From Polyangiales bacterium (GTDB lineage: Bacteria > Myxococcota_A > Polyangia > Polyangiales > Polyangiaceae), in NCBI GenBank assembly GCA_038230375.1, contig JBBRNJ010000024.1:32001-96000 (forward strand): a stretch of 64,000 bases of DNA, written 5' to 3'. The stretch's first letter is position 1, and every line of letters starts with the position of its first letter. Of the stretch, positions 19,985-30,000 are shown piece by piece. The translations under genes were made by a program, and so were the position numbers. The notes beneath the pieces were generated by a model. The model worked only from the letters and a program-made list of their open reading frames with translations, ran no database searches and had not been told where the DNA came from.

Positions 19985-21337
19985 GTGGCCACTCTCGAGA
20001 CCGGCGAGATCATCGACAACAAGTATCAGGTGGGCAAGCTCATCGGAGAAGGCGCCATGGGTGCCGTGTACGAGGGCGAGCATCTTCGCATCTCGCGCCG
20101 TGTCGCGATCAAGGTGTTGCATGCGGCGGCCGCACGCCAGCCGGAGGTCCGCGCGCGCTTCGAGAAGGAGGCGCACGCAGTGGCCCGGATCAAGTCGGAG
20201 CACATCTGCGACGTTCTCGACGTTGGAGATCTCCCGGACGGCGGCGCCTACCTCGTCATGGAGCTCCTCGACGGCGAGGACCTGGATGGTCGCATCAAGG
20301 AGCGGGGAAAGCTCTCGTCGGATGACGCGGCCCTCATCGCGTACCAGCTGCTCGATGGGCTCGCCACCATGCACGCGGCCGGCATCGTGCATCGAGATTT
20401 GAAGCCTGCGAACCTCTTCCTTGCGCGCACGCCTCATGGCGGTGAGAACGTGAAGATCCTGGATTTTGGCGTCTCCAAGTTCGAGCCGAAGCAGGGTGAC
20501 GGCAGCGTGACGGCGACCGGCGTCGTCATGGGCACTCCGTTCTACATGTCGCCCGAGCAAGCGCGCGGGGACAAGAGCGTCGACCACCGATCGGATCTCT
20601 ACTCCGTGGGCGTCATCCTCTACGAGGCGGTGACGGGACGCTTGCCGTTCACGGGCAGTAACTTCCAGGAGATCTTCTTCAAGATCGTGCTGGAGACGGC
20701 GCCCGGAGTGGAGGAGGTGGAGCCCAGCGCAGATCCGAAGCTCGCGCAGATCATCCGCAAGGCCATGTCGCGCGAGCCCGCGGAGCGATACCAGAGCGCC
20801 GCCGAGCTCCAGGACGCCATCGGTGCGTTTGCCGCGTCGCGCGGGCTCGCCTTGAACCCTGCGCACTCGATCTCGCCGGGCGCGCCGGAGGCTCCTCCTG
20901 CCAGTGTCGGGTTGCGCGCCGATGCCCCGACGAGCGCCGAGCCCGTCGCTCCCAAGGGGAGGGGCGTCCTCGTCGGGATCGTCGCCACGCTGGTCGTGGC
21001 CTCGGTCGTCATCGCGATCTCCTTGTGGCCGGCGCCACCCGCGGCGCCCGCGGTGGCTGATGAGCCAGCGCCCTCGGCGTCGCAAGCCGTCGCCAGCGCC
21101 GTGGCTGTCACGCCACCCGCCGCGTCGAGCGTCGTCATGCACACGGACATCTCCGCACCGGCACTGACGCGTGCAGCAGCTCCGGCTCCGGGCTCTGTGG
21201 CCATTCCCGCTGGAGCGGCCGTCGCGTCGGCAGACGCAAGCGTGCGAAGCTCCACGGACGCATCTTCCGCTGCGGATGCGTCGCCCGGCGGTGGGTGGGG
21301 GATGATCGCGCCCACGGTTCCAACCACCACCCCGTAA
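19985..21337 (+). CDS. Membrane-anchored Ser/Thr protein kinase
   Basis: GEGAMG, VAIK, HRDLKPAN, DFG, GTPFYMSPEQ; TM helix plus Ala/Pro tail. Confidence 0.95.
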   Translation: MATLETGEIIDNKYQVGKLIGEGAMGAVYEGEHLRISRRVAIKVLHAAAARQPEVRARFEKEAHAVARIKSEHICDVLDVGDLPDGGAYLVMELLDGEDLDGRIKERGKLSSDDAALIAYQLLDGLATMHAAGIVHRDLKPANLFLARTPHGGENVKILDFGVSKFEPKQGDGSVTATGVVMGTPFYMSPEQARGDKSVDHRSDLYSVGVILYEAVTGRLPFTGSNFQEIFFKIVLETAPGVEEVEPSADPKLAQIIRKAMSREPAERYQSAAELQDAIGAFAASRGLALNPAHSISPGAPEAPPASVGLRADAPTSAEPVAPKGRGVLVGIVATLVVASVVIAISLWPAPPAAPAVADEPAPSASQAVASAVAVTPPAASSVVMHTDISAPALTRAAAPAPGSVAIPAGAAVASADASVRSSTDASSAADASPGGGWGMIAPTVPTTTP

Positions 21338-21378
21338 ATCAGCGGACAGCGACGGGCGCGGCGCGGTACGCTAGGAGA

Positions 21379-22896
21379 ATGGGGAGCGAGGTGCCCACGT
21401 CGCCCGTCATCGCGGCTGGAGCCGTGCTTGCGGGCAAGTACAAGCTCGAGGCCCTGATCGGTCAGGGCGGCATGGGCACCGTCTGGTCTGCGACGCACCT
21501 TGGTCTCGGAAAACATGTCGCGGTGAAGCTCATCACCAGCGGTCTTGCGCGCCACGCGGAGATCCGCAAGCGGTTCGACACGGAGGCGAAGGCGGGCGCA
21601 AAGCTGCAGTCGCGCCACGTCGTGCAGATCTTCGACAACGGAGAGCTCGAGGACGGCACACCGTTCATCGCCATGGAGCTCCTGCGCGGTCAGTCCCTCC
21701 AGGCGCGGCTCGAGCACGGCGGCGCCATGCCCCTCGCAGACGTCGTCCAGATGGTCACGCACGTCGCGCGGGCGCTCGGCCGCGCACACGCGCTCGGCAT
21801 CATTCATCGCGACATCAAGCCCGACAACATCTTCCTGTCCGAGTCCGACGACGACGACGGCGTCGTCGTGAAGGTCCTTGATTTCGGCATCGCCAAGTTC
21901 TCCATGGCCGACGAGGCGCAGTCCACGACGCGCACAGGCGCGATGATCGGCACGCCGCTCTACATGAGCCCCGAGCAGGCACGCGGACTCCGTGGGATTG
22001 ACGGTCGCTCCGATCTCTACTCTCTCGGCCTTGTGGTCTACACGGCGCTCACGTGCGTTCAGCCGTTCGCTGGCGCATCGTTCGGCGATCTCATCCTGCA
22101 GATCTGCACGCGGTCGCTGCCGAGCCTCGTCAAGCTGCAACCGCAGCTGCCCGTCGCCCTGGATGCCTGGTTCTATCGCGCGTGCGCCCGCGAGCCGGCC
22201 GATCGCTTCCAGACGGCGCAGCAGATGGCGGAGGCGATCGTGGCACTCGCGGGTGTGGTGCCCGCGGCGCTCTCGTCCACGCCTTCACTGGAGCTCGCGC
22301 TCAGCGGCTCGGGCGAGACGCAGTCGCTCGGCACGCAGCCCACGTTCGTCGCCGCTGCACCGCCCAGCATCCGATCGAACCCGTTCGCCCAGAACGCGTC
22401 CGCCTCGGGCTCCATGGGCGCGGCTCCGGCCGTCGCGCCGCCGCAACAGAGCTCGCTCGTTGCGCTGGCGCAGAATCAAAGCCTGGGAGGCATCGCGAAT
22501 ACGCCCTTGCAGGCGGACCTGGTTCAGCGCCAGCAGGAGCGCCCAAAGCCTCTCGCGAAGATCATCGTCGCGGGTGCGGCGCTCGTGGTGGTCGCCGGCA
22601 TCGGCGTCCTTGCGTTCGGGCGCTTCGGCCCTCGGCACGGCGACACCTCCGCCTCCGCCACAGCATCAGCGCCAACCGCGACTCCTCCTGCGCAGTCGGT
22701 TGCTTCTTCCGCTGGCACGTCTGGCGCGCCCTCCGCCAGCATCGGGAGCAGCGCGGAGAATGGCACCACCACGCCGTCCGCCTCTGGCGCGTCGTCCTCA
22801 GCGCCTTCTCGATCGGCGAGCGCACCCACGCATCGACCCCTGCATCCGGCGCAGTCGGCAAGCTCCGCCCCTCTCGACATCAAGCTGACTCACTGA
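21379..22896 (+). CDS. Membrane-anchored Ser/Thr protein kinase
   Basis: GQGGMG, HRDIKPDN, DFG, GTPLYMSPEQ; TM helix; Ser/Ala tail ending LDIKLTH. Confidence 0.95.
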   Translation: MGSEVPTSPVIAAGAVLAGKYKLEALIGQGGMGTVWSATHLGLGKHVAVKLITSGLARHAEIRKRFDTEAKAGAKLQSRHVVQIFDNGELEDGTPFIAMELLRGQSLQARLEHGGAMPLADVVQMVTHVARALGRAHALGIIHRDIKPDNIFLSESDDDDGVVVKVLDFGIAKFSMADEAQSTTRTGAMIGTPLYMSPEQARGLRGIDGRSDLYSLGLVVYTALTCVQPFAGASFGDLILQICTRSLPSLVKLQPQLPVALDAWFYRACAREPADRFQTAQQMAEAIVALAGVVPAALSSTPSLELALSGSGETQSLGTQPTFVAAAPPSIRSNPFAQNASASGSMGAAPAVAPPQQSSLVALAQNQSLGGIANTPLQADLVQRQQERPKPLAKIIVAGAALVVVAGIGVLAFGRFGPRHGDTSASATASAPTATPPAQSVASSAGTSGAPSASIGSSAENGTTTPSASGASSSAPSRSASAPTHRPLHPAQSASSAPLDIKLTH

Positions 22897-25832
22897 TGCG
22901 CCATCTTCACCTCGCCTTGCTCACGATGCTTGCGACGTTTGGCGCGCTCACGCTCTCGGCCCCCGTTTTCGCGGACGACGTGGCCGACGAAGTGGACCTC
23001 CAGTTCCAGCTCGGCGCAGAGCGGTACAAGGCACGCGATTTCGTCGGGGCGCTCGAGCACTTCCTCGCGTCGAACCGCCTCGCGCCCAACCGCAACGTCG
23101 TCTACAACATCGCGCGCACGTACGAGCAGCTGAAGCGCTACCCGGAGGCGTATCGCTATTACGTACGCGCTCTCGACGGAGAGAAGGACGCGCCCACGCG
23201 CGCGCGCGTCGAGGAGGCCATCGCGCGTATCGCTCCAAGGGTCGGGGTGCTCAAGGTCGAGACCGTTCCGCCGGGTGCAAGGCTCTATCTCGATCGCAAG
23301 GACCTCGGCGGCAACGCGCCGCAGCGACTTGGCCTGCCGCCAGGGAAATACAGGGTGATCGCGGAGCTCGACGGATACGAGGACGTGAGCTCGGACCTCG
23401 TTGACGCGACGGTCGGACGTGAGTCCGTCATCTCGCTCCGGCTCGTCCGCATTCTCGGGACCATCCACGTGACGGGAGACACCGCGGGCGCCGAGGTGCG
23501 CCTGGACAGCGAGGGCGGTCCGCCTGGCTGCGTCGTGCCGTGCGATCTTTCGGCCGTGCCGGGTACCCACACGATGTACGTCTCTCGCGCCGGATTCCAG
23601 AGCACGCAGATCGTGGTCGCCGTCACCGCAAAGGAGACGGTCCCGGTGCATCCGCCGCAGCTCGTGGCGTTCGCTGCCAGGACAGGCGCCGTGGTCGTCG
23701 AGGCCGACGAGCCGAGCGCGCTCATCGAGGTCGACGGCCGCGCGCAAGGCTTCGCGCCCTCCGTCGTCACCACGCCGATCGGGACGCACCGCGTGCGGGT
23801 CAGCCTGCGCGGGTACCGTGCGGTCGAGCAGATCGTCGTCGTCGAGACGGACAAACAGGTGAAGATCCAGGCGAGCCTCGAGCCCGCAGAGCAGGTCCAG
23901 GCTGCGTCGCGCGCCTCCGAGGCCGTCGAGGACGCGCCTGGCTCCGTCTCCATCTTGTCGAGCGCAGAGCTTCGCGCGATGAGCTATCCCACCGTCGCCG
24001 AGGCGCTCCGCGGAACGCGCGGCGTCTACGTCTCCGACGATCGCTCCTATCCCTCGCTTGGCTTTCGCGCGCTCGGCTATCCGGGCAGCTACGGCAACCG
24101 GGTGCTCGTCCTCTCCGACGGACAGCCCATGAACGACGACTGGATCGGCTCGTCGTATGTCAGCTACGACCTCAGAACCGACATCGAGGACATCGACCAC
24201 ATCGAGGTCGTGCGCGGCCCAGGCTCTGTTCTCTACGGCACCAACGCATTCTCTGGCGTCATCAATCTCGTCCCGCGCGGACGCGACGCGCCCGACGGTT
24301 GGGAGGTTGGCGCCTCCACGCCCGAAGCTGGAATGATGCGCGGGCGCATGCGCGTCACGCGGCACTTCGGGCCGGACTCCGGCGCGTGGGTGTCCTTCTC
24401 GGGCGGCAAGAGCGCGGGGCGCGACTTCTTCTTCCCCGAATACGTATCTGACGGCCCGGCATCGGTCGCAGGCAATGCGCGCGGCGTGGACGGGCTCAAC
24501 GTGGGCACGTGGACCGGACAGGTCTGGTGGAAGGCGCTGACAGCACAGTGGTCGCTGAACTCGCAGCAGAAGCACCTGCCCAGCGGCGAGTTCGTGACGA
24601 TCCTCGGCGACAAGCGCACCCGGGAGGCTGATACGCGCGGGATGCTGGAGGTGCGATACGAGCCGAAGATCACCGACTCCCTGCAGTCGCTCTCTCGCGT
24701 GCACGCCAACTACTACGGGTACCGCGCCACGTTTGCTCACCTCCCGCCGTCCGGCATCGAGGAAGACAAGTACGACGGCGGGTGGGTTGGTGCCGAGCAA
24801 CGCTTCATCTACTCACCGTGGCCGCGACTCAGGCTCACCGGGGGTGGCGAGGTGCAGGACCACTTCGCCGTGCACCAGACCGTCGCGGACGAGCAGCAAG
24901 GAAGCGTCCTCGACGATCGGCGCCCGTTCGTCGTCGGCGCCGGATATCTCCTCGCCGACGTCTCTCCGTCGGACCGCGCGAAGATCTCCGCGGGCGCGCG
25001 CTTCGACACGTACTCCACGTTCGGCTCATCGCTCAACCCGCGCCTCGCGCTGATCCTGAAGCCCTACGACCGCGACAACGTGAAGGTGATGGTCGGCAAG
25101 GCGTTCCGCGCGCCGAGCATCTACGAGCTCTACTACACGGGATACGGGCAGCCCCCCGCGCCAGACCTCCGTCCGGAGGACGTCTACTCGGCCGAGGTCG
25201 AGTACTCGCACCGATTCTCCACCACAACGACCGGGCTCCTCTCCGTCTATGGCAACTACGTTCGAAACCTCATCGTGCTGCGCGACATCGATCCGGTGCA
25301 GCAGATCTCGCAATACACGAACACGCAGACGCCGGTCACGAGTGTCGGCACCGAGCTCGAGGCACGCCGCGAATGGAAATCGGGCTGGATGCTCTCCGGA
25401 GCCGGGTCGCTCCAGCGCTCGCAATACATGAAGTCCGATGAGGTCTCCGATGTCCTTGCGTACAGGCGCAGCGCCGACCTCCGCGAGGTCCCCAACGTGC
25501 CGCCCTGGCTCCTCTCGGTGAAGGGCGCAGTCCCGGTGCTCGGCCGTGCGCTCACCGCCATGACGCGCGTCACGCTCGAAGGCGCGCGCTTTGATCGCAA
25601 CGACCAGGCGACGAGCCCGGATCCGCAGAACAAGACCGACGCATCGGTCATCTGGGACCTGATCCTCTCCGGCGTCGAGCCAAAGTGGGGTGTGCGGTAT
25701 GCGGTCGGCTTCTACAACATAGCGGACTGGCGGCAAGTGGCGCCCGTGAGCACCGAGTTCCGTCAGACGACGATGCTACAGCCGGGACGAACCTTCTTTG
25801 CGTCCGTGGGCGCGACGTTCGGAGGCCCATGA
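22896..25832 (+). CDS. TonB-dependent receptor with N-terminal TPR and PEGA domains
   Basis: Signal peptide, TPR (FQLGAERY...YNIARTYEQL), three PEGA-like repeats, plug (APGSVSILS...IEVVRGPGSVLYGTNAFSGVINL), barrel ending PGRTFFASVGATF. Confidence 0.9.
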   Translation: MRHLHLALLTMLATFGALTLSAPVFADDVADEVDLQFQLGAERYKARDFVGALEHFLASNRLAPNRNVVYNIARTYEQLKRYPEAYRYYVRALDGEKDAPTRARVEEAIARIAPRVGVLKVETVPPGARLYLDRKDLGGNAPQRLGLPPGKYRVIAELDGYEDVSSDLVDATVGRESVISLRLVRILGTIHVTGDTAGAEVRLDSEGGPPGCVVPCDLSAVPGTHTMYVSRAGFQSTQIVVAVTAKETVPVHPPQLVAFAARTGAVVVEADEPSALIEVDGRAQGFAPSVVTTPIGTHRVRVSLRGYRAVEQIVVVETDKQVKIQASLEPAEQVQAASRASEAVEDAPGSVSILSSAELRAMSYPTVAEALRGTRGVYVSDDRSYPSLGFRALGYPGSYGNRVLVLSDGQPMNDDWIGSSYVSYDLRTDIEDIDHIEVVRGPGSVLYGTNAFSGVINLVPRGRDAPDGWEVGASTPEAGMMRGRMRVTRHFGPDSGAWVSFSGGKSAGRDFFFPEYVSDGPASVAGNARGVDGLNVGTWTGQVWWKALTAQWSLNSQQKHLPSGEFVTILGDKRTREADTRGMLEVRYEPKITDSLQSLSRVHANYYGYRATFAHLPPSGIEEDKYDGGWVGAEQRFIYSPWPRLRLTGGGEVQDHFAVHQTVADEQQGSVLDDRRPFVVGAGYLLADVSPSDRAKISAGARFDTYSTFGSSLNPRLALILKPYDRDNVKVMVGKAFRAPSIYELYYTGYGQPPAPDLRPEDVYSAEVEYSHRFSTTTTGLLSVYGNYVRNLIVLRDIDPVQQISQYTNTQTPVTSVGTELEARREWKSGWMLSGAGSLQRSQYMKSDEVSDVLAYRRSADLREVPNVPPWLLSVKGAVPVLGRALTAMTRVTLEGARFDRNDQATSPDPQNKTDASVIWDLILSGVEPKWGVRYAVGFYNIADWRQVAPVSTEFRQTTMLQPGRTFFASVGATFGGP

Positions 25833-26383
25833 ACGTGAGCCCTTCAAAGGCCGCATTCGCGGCTATTGCCATACTCGCGCCGCTCACAATCACGCTCACG
25901 CTTTGCGTCGCGCCCGGTTGCGACGACGCGCCGACGCACATCTACAGCGCGCAGCTCTACGAGCAAGCGAACGACTGCCTGGATGACTACACCGCGCTCG
26001 ACATCGTCACGGGTGGCACGGGGAGCTCAGGCTGCAATCCCGTGTGTCTGGTCGGTGGCGGCGCAACCTACGTCTCCACGGTGTGCCCGCCCTACGCGAC
26101 CGCGGTCGCACCGGGCGCCCCTGATGACCCCGCGTGCATTGCGGCGCTCGCTGCCTACCAGACATGCAAGTGGTGCATGAGCACGGGCAACGAGCCGACC
26201 TGCACCTACGACGGCGGCGACGCGGGCATGGTGGACGATGCCGGCGACCAGGCGGACAGCGGCGGGAGTGACGCGAGCGACGCGAGCGACGGCGGCGACG
26301 GCACGGCAGACGCCATCACCAGCGACGACGCAGGTGACGACGGCGCCATGGCCGATGCAGACGACGCAGCGACCGACGACTGA
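25829..26383 (+). CDS. Cys-rich lipoprotein with acidic tail
   Basis: Lipobox APGC; ATGA overlap with the receptor gene. Confidence 0.7.
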   Translation: MNVSPSKAAFAAIAILAPLTITLTLCVAPGCDDAPTHIYSAQLYEQANDCLDDYTALDIVTGGTGSSGCNPVCLVGGGATYVSTVCPPYATAVAPGAPDDPACIAALAAYQTCKWCMSTGNEPTCTYDGGDAGMVDDAGDQADSGGSDASDASDGGDGTADAITSDDAGDDGAMADADDAATDD

Positions 26384-26416
26384 AAGTAACTGCGTCTACT
26401 GCGCTGTAGTGGCGCG

Positions 26417-26812
26417 TCACGCAAATGGGTCTCCACTTGCGTAGCTCTCCACGAAGGCCTCGAAGCTCGGGCTGATGGGCTGGCGCTTGTTGTCGACGGC
26501 AGTGACTCCCTTGTCGGTTGGGGAGAGGTGCAGGACCATCGCAGTTCCGAGGCGCCAGTCGGCGAACATGAGGTCCACCTCTGCTCCGTTTCGCGTCGCG
26601 TAGAGCGGCTGGATGAGATCACTTGCTTGCATGAAGATGAGGCCGTGCAGATCGCTCGCCATCGTCCCGTCTGCAAGCATCCAGAGCGCGCGGAACGACC
26701 GCGGGAGCACGATCCCGTGCGCGCTCTCGATCGCGTCGAGCATCGCCTCGGTCGCGCCGGTCTCTGCGGCGATTCCCTGGCGTACCCACGCATCGAACAC
26801 AGACTTCACCAT
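26417..26812 (-). CDS. SMI1/KNR4 (SUKH) family protein
   Basis: GATEAMLDAIESAHGIVLPRSFRALW...DG, FADW, ISPSFEAFVE. Confidence 0.75.
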   Translation of the reverse strand: MVKSVFDAWVRQGIAAETGATEAMLDAIESAHGIVLPRSFRALWMLADGTMASDLHGLIFMQASDLIQPLYATRNGAEVDLMFADWRLGTAMVLHLSPTDKGVTAVDNKRQPISPSFEAFVESYASGDPFA

Positions 26813-27005
26813 GGGCCTCACGCAGGGCCAGAATACCACCGTGACGCGAGGCGAAGCCTGCGCGCGCTCTCGAATGCGGAGACGGCCTCCGGCGCATGAG
26901 CGCGTCGTACATCGCAACCTCTTCGACCGCGAGCGAGCGACGACGCCAGTGACGACGGGCCCAACGGCGATGCAGACGACGAGGGGACCGGCGACTGATC
27001 GCCGT

Positions 27006-30000
27006 TCAAGGCTGTGGGAGATCACCGTCACCTAGCGAGCGTGAGAACTCGGCGGTGAGCTGCCGGAAGATGTCCACCTGGTCCATGTACTTCCGGAGCT
27101 GCGCGTCCGCGCCTGGTGCCATGGGGTCCTTCTGCGGTAGACCGTTGGCGTCGAGCTGCAGTTTCACCGTGCCGTCGGCGTTGTACTTGATGAAGCCCAT
27201 CGCGTCCGTCTCCACGATGTACGTCTGGATGAGGAGCGTGGTTGCCCACTCGAGCATGCGAGCGCCGATGCCCTTCTCGTGATCGACGCCGAAGATGTTC
27301 TCCGTCCCCGTCGAGTGCGCGCGGTACGTTTTGCCGCTCTGCGGATCGTAGAGCGTGTAGGTCTCGGTGACTGGCCAGTTGACCTGATCGGCGGCGAGCG
27401 TGGTGATCCGTGACTCGTCGACGAAGCTCTGGGACCAGTTCGTCGGGAAGTACATCGTGGACCAGACCATCGCGTAGAGCTGCTCGTTGAAGCCCCAGTT
27501 GGGGTCCAGGAGCTTCGCGTTCGCGGGGCGCGTGCCAAGCCCCACGTCCGTGAGCGCGTGCCACGAAGGGTAGGTGATGACCCCATCCGCTGCGTTCGGT
27601 CCCGGCGCCTTCGAGGCGGCAACCCACGGCCCGAACTGCGCCGTGTCGCCGGTGAAGAGCGATGCGAACAGGCGACGCGTCTGCGCGGGATAGACCGTGG
27701 CGAAGTTCACGTTCTTGTAGCGGCCGTCCACGAAGTCTTCCTTCGAGTTCGAGATGAAGGAGTCGAACGCTTCTGCGAGGTAGAAGGTCGCCCACGTCTT
27801 CTCGTAGTAGGCGCCGACTTGCTTCTGGTAGTCGGCCCACCAGTAGCCCTTGCCGTAGTCGAAGTCGTTGTGGACGAAGCGACCTGGGCCGAGCGGTACG
27901 TGGAAGTCATAGGGGGAGGCCGCGGGGAGCGGCGACGGGTCGGCCACGTAGAGATCGAGATCCAGCCCGTAGGGTTGCCCGCCTACGCAGCTGTCCGCGT
28001 TTGCGTTGCAGTAGTACCCGGGCTCGGGGCGCGTGAGGATGCGCGCGAACATGTCGAACGCGATCGTGCTGCCCATGCTGAGCGCACCCCAGTTGCCGTC
28101 GTCGAGGAGCTCCTTGTTGGGGACGCTCGGATCGTCGGCCGAGAGCACCATTCCGAACGCGAACGTCTTCGAGATGAGCTGGATCGTGTCCAGGTAGTGC
28201 GCTTGCAGGCGCTCGACCACGGCCTCCGAGTTGAAGCTCACGCGGTTGTGACGGAAGGCGTCCAGGATGTAGCGGTTCTCGTAGGCGGCCTCCAGGAAGC
28301 GAATCTGCTCGTAGGCGTCCGCGCCTGCGTCGTAGGTGAAGGCGGGGACGTTGCCGGAGTCGGCGTACTCGTCGCTCATGAACATGTAGCCGCGTCGCAC
28401 GCGGCCCTTGTCGTCGACCGAGCGTGGCGCGATCCCGAACAGGTAGCTCGCCCAGGTGGGATCGGCGGCAAAATCGCGCATGACGTCGTAGCCCACCACG
28501 TCCATCGCGTGCTCGTTGCACTTCTTGCCCAGGACAGCGTCCGGCGCGGACGATGCCGTGCAGTCGCCCAGCAAGCCGAACTCGGCCTGGTATGCGCTGT
28601 AGTGGAGGTGGGCCGGTCCGTTCGCGGGGTTGACCGTGGGAAGGTCTTCGATCCCGAAGAGACCGGTTCCCTGCGCGAAGGCGGTGAGCTCGTACGCCTT
28701 CTTCTGCCCGTCACCGCTGCCAGTCACGCTGACACCGCCGCCATCCCACACGTCAACGACGCCGCCGTAGCCAAAACGGATCGCCGCGCGATCGTATTTG
28801 CCCTGGAGGTCCATGTCGTGGTTCTGGTCGCCCGGGTAGTCCATGACGCTGGTGGTGCTGTACTTGTTGATGTTGCCTGCCGTCTCGTCGACGGAGACAG
28901 GGTCCTTCCAGCGTGGACCCACGCAGGTGGCGCCGTTGGTGTTGCCGTCGGCGCACGCGGCGGTGATCTGGCCGTTGCTCGTGCGGAGCTGCCAGTACTG
29001 CGGGGCGTAGTTCAGCGAGTCGAACGAGGCTGCGAAGTTGTGACGGAGCCCCATCGAGTGGCCCATCTCGTGCGCGTAGACGCTGCCCGAGTACTCACGT
29101 CGCGCCCAGTTGTAGACTGCATCCTTGTGGGTGGAGACGGCCGTAGGATCCTTGGGATCCGGCGTGGGGAAGAGGCGCGCCGCGACCTTCGCAAGGCCCA
29201 GCAGGTTGTCCGGCTCGGGTGCGTCCAGCCTGCAGGAGTGCCGCGCGGACTGCGCCATCCGCTTCGAGCGCTCACGCTCGCGACGAAGGACGGGGTTCAT
29301 CTTGCCGAACGGCGTGCCGCGCCTGATCGCGTCCTTCGTTACCGGCTGGCTCGGGTCGAAGCCCGCGGCCTGCGCCATCTCCGGCGAGACCATCGCCGCT
29401 TCGATCGACGTGCTCTTGAGCTGGGTGAGCCGCGAAGCGAGGACACCGTTGCCGGGGCCCAGGCGGTTCGCATCGAGCAACGACTGCAGGCGCTGCTTGC
29501 GTCGCTGTGCAGGCGGTGTGTGGGAGACCTTCTGCGCGCCCGAGAGCCCGCCAAGGTACGGGGCGATCACCTGCGGATCGAACGCTGCGGCGCGCGACGC
29601 AGTCTCGTTCGCATCCATCGCGACGAAGGCCTCAGCGGCACCGCCGGGACGGTTTGCCGCGACCCACGCGGACACGTTCTGACCTTCGATGTAGTCGGTC
29701 GGCGGCAGCTCACCATTGAGCAGGGCCAGGAGATCGACGAGCGTCGCGGCGGCGCGATCGAGCACGGCCGACCACTGGTTGACGCTGCCGGCGATCTTCT
29801 CGCCCGTGAGCGGATCCTCGGCGTCGACCATGATTCCCCAGGGGCTCTCGAACTGCGGCGAGGCGACCAGGTTGATGAAGTTGTACCGAATGTCGCCCAG
29901 GCGGCGGACGATCGGCACGCCGTCCTTGTCCGCTGCCGCACCGCACGCCGGATCGTCCTTCGTGGGATCAACGGGGTTGTGGCAGAGCACGAAGACGCGC

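Noticed and set aside
18602..22140. Long minus-strand ORFs (846 aa, 506 aa)
   Set aside because: Antisense shadows of the LRR and kinase genes, typical of high-GC DNA.
22053..22895. N-terminal extension of the TonB receptor ORF
   Set aside because: Overlaps the kinase in another frame; the signal peptide starts at 22896.
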